Of a stretch of 62,814 bases of DNA, positions 58,384 through 62,814 are shown in pieces. The position numbers and the translations under genes are program-made. The stretch lies in IMG/VR virus record IMGVR_UViG_3300048592_000297, positions 1 to 62,814 of that record, one strand, 5' to 3'. The stretch's first letter is position 1. Each line of letters starts with the position of its first letter. This DNA comes from a virus. Its lineage: Duplodnaviria; Caudoviricetes. The notes beneath the pieces were generated by a model that searched no databases, had not been told where the DNA came from, and saw only the letters and a list, made by a program, of their open reading frames with translations.

Positions 58384-59511
58384 TTAAGCAAACCGAAACG
58401 CAACCACCGAAAACACAGAGCCATCATACTCTACTTCTTTCACAAAGACCGGAACCGCACGCCGATGTTGCTTGAAGTAAGCATCTGCCTGCTCGGCAAT
58501 GCTAACACCGCAATACGCGCTAACCGCGAACAGCATGGCCCCACCATTGGTCCAGTCTAGTATGGCGGGATCGTTTGCGTACTCAACCGAATACAAGCTC
58601 CGTACAGGAACGTTCGAGTAATCCCCGTTGCACCCGAGAACCGGGCTGACGCGATACAAGTCATCAGACTGCGTTCGCTGCGCAGCATAGACAAGTTCGA
58701 GGATTGCATCAAACTCGCGAGCAGTGCGACGAACCGCCATTACGTCAGAACGAGATGAAAGCCGAAACGGCGCTATAGGGGCCGACGATACCGGCCATAC
58801 ATACTCACAACGACGTACCACATCCGACAGCAACAAGTACTTACCCAGCCGATAGTGATGACTGCCGCGAGAGCCGTTGTTATGGTAGGTGGGGTATCCA
58901 GCGCCGCGCCAGCCATACTGCTGGACAGCCGACATCGCTGTAGACGCAACCTTCGGCCCAACGCCCTTCACGAACAACGGACGAGTTACGCCTTTGTACA
59001 GATTGTAGTAGGCTTTCTGCCGCGCGACGCTACCCTCGTCCGGGATTGCAACACATATTGCAGACGATTCGCTGTAGGTGATAATCCTGTCTAGTCTATC
59101 CCAAAACCGCTCCTGCAAATCCAGCGACTGCCGCGCTGGTGAGGATCTCCAATCATCGCCAGTGGACCAAACGCCTTGATCCTGCCTACAGCCTAGCTGC
59201 TCGTGAAGCACGAGATCGACCGCTGCACCATCGTCCCATCTGTGGTATGACGGAAGATGGCCCGGTTTCCACCGGACAATCCGACGCGATACCTCATCAG
59301 AGATGAACCCGTATGTCATACTTGCCACGCCGAATACATCAACAATCGCATCAACCAACTGCGCCAACGCAAAACCGTTGAACTGTATCCTGCTAACGTC
59401 TGCAAATATGTTGCGATACCCGTGCACAAACATGCTGTTGTGGAAAAGGTAATCATAGAGCAGAGAATGTCTTCCGAGGCGCGTAAACGGGTGTAGCCCC
59501 GCAGCGCTCAC
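58384..59511 (-). CDS. Peptidase M15-like (Hedgehog/DD-peptidase fold) protein
   Basis: RLGRHSLLYDYL..TYGF..SYHRWDDGAAVD; second RLGKYLLLSD repeat. Confidence 0.55.
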   Translation of the reverse strand: MSAAGLHPFTRLGRHSLLYDYLFHNSMFVHGYRNIFADVSRIQFNGFALAQLVDAIVDVFGVASMTYGFISDEVSRRIVRWKPGHLPSYHRWDDGAAVDLVLHEQLGCRQDQGVWSTGDDWRSSPARQSLDLQERFWDRLDRIITYSESSAICVAIPDEGSVARQKAYYNLYKGVTRPLFVKGVGPKVASTAMSAVQQYGWRGAGYPTYHNNGSRGSHHYRLGKYLLLSDVVRRCEYVWPVSSAPIAPFRLSSRSDVMAVRRTAREFDAILELVYAAQRTQSDDLYRVSPVLGCNGDYSNVPVRSLYSVEYANDPAILDWTNGGAMLFAVSAYCGVSIAEQADAYFKQHRRAVPVFVKEVEYDGSVFSVVAFRFA

Positions 59512-60227
59512 AAGACCCCTCCGTTCGATACGTCATCCCGAAAAACATCCTCGACGGCCGGACCGCTAGAGTCGCGATCGCCCCTATACACATAAGCGGC
59601 CGACATCCGGGCTAAGCCTCTCTGGAACAAAGAAACCCACGAATAGCGGATGGGTTGCCTAAACGATTGTCCACGCTGACCTGCGTATATGGCGTCCTCG
59701 TCAACGAACAACCGCCAGATTTCTAGGGCCGAAGCCTGCCCACTTGATGCACTGGGGTCCAAAACCCATTCAGCCGCCCAGTTATCGATTGAATCAGTTT
59801 GCTGCTTGAAATCGGCACCTGCTTCACAGAAGTCGTTCATGTTAGTGGTGCGAACTTCGCAGAACTCATCGCTAATTACGGTCTTAAGATGGCCACACGA
59901 CGCCTCGTAGTAGCTCATCAGCTCAAGCAAGGATGTCGTTACCACTGTGTTCATCGCCTCATCAAACGGCTGGCTCGGTGCAGCCACCTCGCTCGGCGGG
60001 CTAAACATAGATGACACAGCCGCCAACCTAGCCCTGATCGATGAAAACAACTGCGCTACCATGCAGACCAAATAGTACGCAGCTTCGATAGATCGCTTGT
60101 ACTTGTTCAGTTCCGCGCGTTGCTCCAGAACCAGCTTCTCCAGAACATCTACACGGGCCGCTAGCGCAGCTAGCGAAGGAGGCTCCTCCTTTCGCTTCTG
60201 CAGAAGAATCCTACGCATCTTCATCAT
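59508..60227 (-). CDS. Hypothetical protein
   Basis: N-terminal coiled coil; translationally coupled. Confidence 0.55.
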   Translation of the reverse strand: MMKMRRILLQKRKEEPPSLAALAARVDVLEKLVLEQRAELNKYKRSIEAAYYLVCMVAQLFSSIRARLAAVSSMFSPPSEVAAPSQPFDEAMNTVVTTSLLELMSYYEASCGHLKTVISDEFCEVRTTNMNDFCEAGADFKQQTDSIDNWAAEWVLDPSASSGQASALEIWRLFVDEDAIYAGQRGQSFRQPIRYSWVSLFQRGLARMSAAYVYRGDRDSSGPAVEDVFRDDVSNGGVL

Positions 60228-60672
60228 CCTTGAGCAGCCCGGCTTCGGCAAGTAAATCGACGTAAACTTTAGGCTGGCGATTCATGTCCCTAACTGTTTC
60301 CACAACCATCGCAAGATGCGCCGCAACAAGCACCGTCAACAATAGGCAGGTTGCCGAGATCGCAAGGTTTTGGTGCGCGAAGCCAACGAACAAGCCAGTA
60401 AGCAGTATGCAAATCGACTCCTGATAGAACAACAATTTATGCCTGTCCTTTTCGTCAGAAAGGACAAACAACCACCATACGTGCATGAGGCACACCGGAT
60501 GTCCGAAGCTCAGCACTAGCCAAATCCGTGGTATGCCAAGATAGAGCACGGCGAGAACCACAACCCAATTCAATTCGGGCTCGTACAAGAACGTGCTAAG
60601 AAGCAGCACCAAAAGGGCAATCACAGTTACAATAGGGTGCGTCACTAGCCTGAGGATGAGGTTGTGATTCAT
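60211..60672 (-). CDS. Membrane protein (~4 TM)
   Basis: Four hydrophobic stretches. Confidence 0.7.
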   Translation of the reverse strand: MNHNLILRLVTHPIVTVIALLVLLLSTFLYEPELNWVVVLAVLYLGIPRIWLVLSFGHPVCLMHVWWLFVLSDEKDRHKLLFYQESICILLTGLFVGFAHQNLAISATCLLLTVLVAAHLAMVVETVRDMNRQPKVYVDLLAEAGLLKDDEDA

Positions 60673-60704
60673 TGCGGCGCTTCCGTTAGGTTGGAGGTTT
60701 CATT

Positions 60705-60962
60705 CTACCCCTCCACTCTCCGGGCCACAATTCCCTTCCACGCATCAACTAACGGCCGAACAGCATCTTGTGCAGCCCGCAAGTTAAGGTGCGGATCGTC
60801 ATGGTCGCGACACTCAACGCAGATTCGTGACTGGATATGGAACACTTGAACCCCGACAAAATCCCACGTGTACGGCGAAACAGCACTGCCATCGCGTTTG
60901 GACACCAACCGAACAATGAACTCGGACGACTCAAGTTTCTTGGTTATGTCAACTGCAGGCAT
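60705..60962 (-). CDS. Hypothetical protein
   Basis: 85 aa, AGGAGG RBS. Confidence 0.6.
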   Translation of the reverse strand: MPAVDITKKLESSEFIVRLVSKRDGSAVSPYTWDFVGVQVFHIQSRICVECRDHDDPHLNLRAAQDAVRPLVDAWKGIVARRVEG

Positions 60963-61363
60963 GTAAGGCCCTCCTTCTCGATGATAGCCGTAAGGCTCTC
61001 CACGATGGAATCCAGAATACGATCCTGAACACGCCGGTCATCTACCGAGCGCCATACACAAATCGCTCGAATCACTGCAGCTTCCTGCGCACGTATGTGG
61101 TTGAGGGCGATGTAGCTGCCAACGGCATGAGCGCTGTCAACATGGCGCACGTTGCGAGGACTCCACAATCGGAGTAACTCAACAGTGTGGGCGGCTTTTC
61201 GTAAATCCTCGATGCCGTTCTTCGTGCGCCAGCGCGACACATACCGAACGACGCTGCCCTCTAAGGCAGAAAGACAAATATCCTCAGAGAAATGACCCGG
61301 CTGGTACGCCATCGTCTTGTAGTGGCCCCCGCCAACCTGCACACGATCTGGTGACGTGTCCAT
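60944..61363 (-). CDS. DUF3310 (SaV-like) protein
   Basis: QVGGGHYK..QP..EGSVVRYVSRWRTKNGIEDLRKA. Confidence 0.85.
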   Translation of the reverse strand: MDTSPDRVQVGGGHYKTMAYQPGHFSEDICLSALEGSVVRYVSRWRTKNGIEDLRKAAHTVELLRLWSPRNVRHVDSAHAVGSYIALNHIRAQEAAVIRAICVWRSVDDRRVQDRILDSIVESLTAIIEKEGLTCLQLT

Positions 61364-61833
61364 CAGTTGACTCCAGTAGAGCCGAACCCGCCAGTTCCGC
61401 GTGCGCTTTCGTCCAGCGTTTCGACGTGAGTGAACACCGCCTTGCAACTTTCGACAAGCAGAGCTTGTGCGATGCGCATGCCCGGAGTGATGACCGAACT
61501 TGCCCCCGGCGCGACACAATGCACAATCACGCCGATCTCGCCTCGGTAATCCGAATCGATGATACCGGGCGCATTCACCACTGTCAGCCCGTCATTCAGC
61601 GCAAGACCTGAACGCGGGCAAACCAAGAGCACCATGCCCGGCGGCAACTGTACAAAGACTCCAGTAGGGATGAGCATGGGCGAGTTGGCAACGCGCGTCG
61701 GGTACTTGACCGCTGCTCGCAGATCAAAAGCTCCAGCCTCGTAAGTTGCATACGTTGGCAATTGCGGAGATCCATCCGGGTACGTCCATTGCGTAGCGAT
61801 TTTCACTTCTGTCAGCCTTCGGCCTGAACTCAT
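61363..61833 (-). CDS. dut: dUTPase
   Basis: AGAFDL, PRSGLA, GIIDSDYRGEI, RIAQ, RGTGGFGSTG. Confidence 0.97.
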   Translation of the reverse strand: MSSGRRLTEVKIATQWTYPDGSPQLPTYATYEAGAFDLRAAVKYPTRVANSPMLIPTGVFVQLPPGMVLLVCPRSGLALNDGLTVVNAPGIIDSDYRGEIGVIVHCVAPGASSVITPGMRIAQALLVESCKAVFTHVETLDESARGTGGFGSTGVN

Positions 61834-61834
61834 C

Positions 61835-62215
61835 TCAACCCCTCCTTCTTCGTCGTTGTGCGCCCGAGCGCGGAAACCTGTCCACTACCCCCGCCTTTGA
61901 CGGATGCGGCCCCTCCCCGGATGGAATCCTACCATAACGGAAGTTCACTTCAATCGCAAACGCATCCGCCACGGCGTGAGCAATCGCCATCCGTAGTTCG
62001 GAATGTATCCCCCGGTTGTTCGATCCGTCGCGCGAAGCACAATCCGCGTACCATTGCCGGTGCGTGAACTCATACACTAGATCGATCTTGAACGCCTCAA
62101 TCACTGCGCCAAGATCATCAGCATCTACGCCAAACATGGCGGCGGCTGCACGAAACGCCCCCAGCACGACGTGAGGGGCAGGCTCTTCGTGATGCAAGTT
62201 AGGTTTTCGTGTCAT
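61835..62215 (-). CDS. Hypothetical protein
   Basis: Start MTRKP after GAGGGGCTGGAG; ends QRRRRRG. Confidence 0.55.
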   Translation of the reverse strand: MTRKPNLHHEEPAPHVVLGAFRAAAAMFGVDADDLGAVIEAFKIDLVYEFTHRQWYADCASRDGSNNRGIHSELRMAIAHAVADAFAIEVNFRYGRIPSGEGPHPSKAGVVDRFPRSGAQRRRRRG

Positions 62216-62279
62216 CTCCAGCCCCTCCGGCCCTCTTAGCCAAGAATCTCCACCGTCTACCTTGGCTGCAATCCTACCT

Positions 62280-62582
62280 TTAAGCATCGTCAGGCTTGCG
62301 CATGCGCACCACTGTCTCGTACTTTGCCTGCAGCAGATCGGCTTGCTCGCGAGCATCTTCAAGATCGCCACCAATGCGTGCAATCAGAAACGCCGATGCC
62401 TTATTCCACGTGTCGTGGTAATTGCGGATCGCCCCGCATTTCGGATATTTCCGCTCCTCAGTTTTGCCGCCCGCCATTTCTGGCGCGTGCTTGAGAACCC
62501 AGACATACTCCTCCGACTCTCGAACGCATTCAATCGGCTCGATGGTCGCGAGATAATCGTCGGTTTTCCACCTTATAAACAT
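62280..62582 (-). CDS. Hypothetical protein
   Basis: 100-aa ORF with GAGGTGGG RBS. Confidence 0.6.
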   Translation of the reverse strand: MFIRWKTDDYLATIEPIECVRESEEYVWVLKHAPEMAGGKTEERKYPKCGAIRNYHDTWNKASAFLIARIGGDLEDAREQADLLQAKYETVVRMRKPDDA

Positions 62583-62592
62583 CTAACCCACC

Positions 62593-62814
62593 TCACCCCA
62601 GAATCTCGGCCCGCACCTTAGCCAAGTCCATTCCGCCGTGGTAAACGCCAATCACCTTCGGGTCGCCATGCAGGATCATCTCCCGCGTTATTTCCGTGTC
62701 GGCAAATACCGGGTTATAGAACCCGAGCGTGTTGCACCGCAGAACAGCTATCGGGCTGTCCTTCGGAGCATCCTTGATGCGCTGCATTGTGTCCTGAAAG
62801 CTGCTAATGCTCAT
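62593..62814 (-). CDS. Hypothetical protein (may extend beyond window)
   Basis: 73-aa ORF at the window edge. Confidence 0.55.
   Translation of the reverse strand: MSISSFQDTMQRIKDAPKDSPIAVLRCNTLGFYNPVFADTEITREMILHGDPKVIGVYHGGMDLAKVRAEILG

Larger units (their letters stand above)
581..61761. repeat. Dispersed 16-bp pseudo-palindromic motif TTGC-N8-GCAA (~29 copies)
   Basis: Exact copies start at 2430, 6844, 7821, 11832, 16136, 18489, 18664, 27702, 34361, 39611, 41187, 44727, 50797, 51337, 53618, 56420, 57731, 58247, 61746. Near-exact copies with a CG core start at 581, 4992, 10608, 14563, 19370, 21783, 31288, 43068, 47987, 59390. Hand count. Confidence 0.85.

Noticed and set aside
1117-60707. 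Amber (TAG) stop-codon reassignment, since many genes end in TAG
   Set aside because: Conserved proteins are full length under the standard code, TAG often overlaps the next RBS (TAGGAG), and no suppressor tRNA was seen.
2430-61761. Dispersed motif as sigma54 promoters or restriction sites
   Set aside because: It lacks the GG-N10-GC spacing of sigma54 promoters. Restriction targets would be depleted rather than enriched.
130-62621. Long + strand ORFs (e.g. 7929-9119, 47932-48771, 52906-54003, 1715-2404)
   Set aside because: They are antisense shadows of well-supported - strand genes, with low-complexity S/R/A translations and no recognisable motifs.
1-62814. Integrated prophage boundaries / integrase
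   Set aside because: No integrase, att-like junction or host housekeeping genes were seen. recA, polA and dnaB are divergent phage-type copies within phage operons.

Overview
The window is a large part of a tailed dsDNA phage genome (siphovirus-like, with a TP901-type tape measure and a PBSX XkdE/XkdF/XkdG-like portal, protease and capsid). The host is probably a proteobacterium, inferred from the sigma70 promoters and the lysis cassette. Essentially all real genes are on the - strand. In transcription order (right to left): small accessory genes (dUTPase, DUF3310, M15-like, SNase); a head module with an inserted fibre/glycosyltransferase/beta-propeller trio; tail genes and a ~16 kb tail-tip/fibre region; a GC-rich lysis cassette; a Ycf46-like AAA+/DUF1257/DUF2997 module; a replication module (initiator with iteron origin, DnaC-like, DnaB, UDG-fused PolA, primase, SSB, SF2 helicase); recombination genes (RecA, Hjc-like, Cas4-like, RuvC-like); a histone-like/HTH protein; and two tandem ParB-like genes. 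No terminase, integrase, tRNA or CRISPR array was seen. The most striking unexplained signal is a 16-bp pseudo-palindrome TTGC-N8-GCAA (consensus about TTGCWAWCGTWTGCAA). By hand I count ~19 exact and ~10 near-exact copies across the window, in all three reading frames and in short intergenic gaps, against ~1 expected. Many non-tail proteins also carry Arg-rich terminal tags. Together with the ParB pair and the histone-like protein, these may point to a phage genome-coating or organising system, or to a stoperator-like one. All calls come from reading the sequence by eye; no searches were run.
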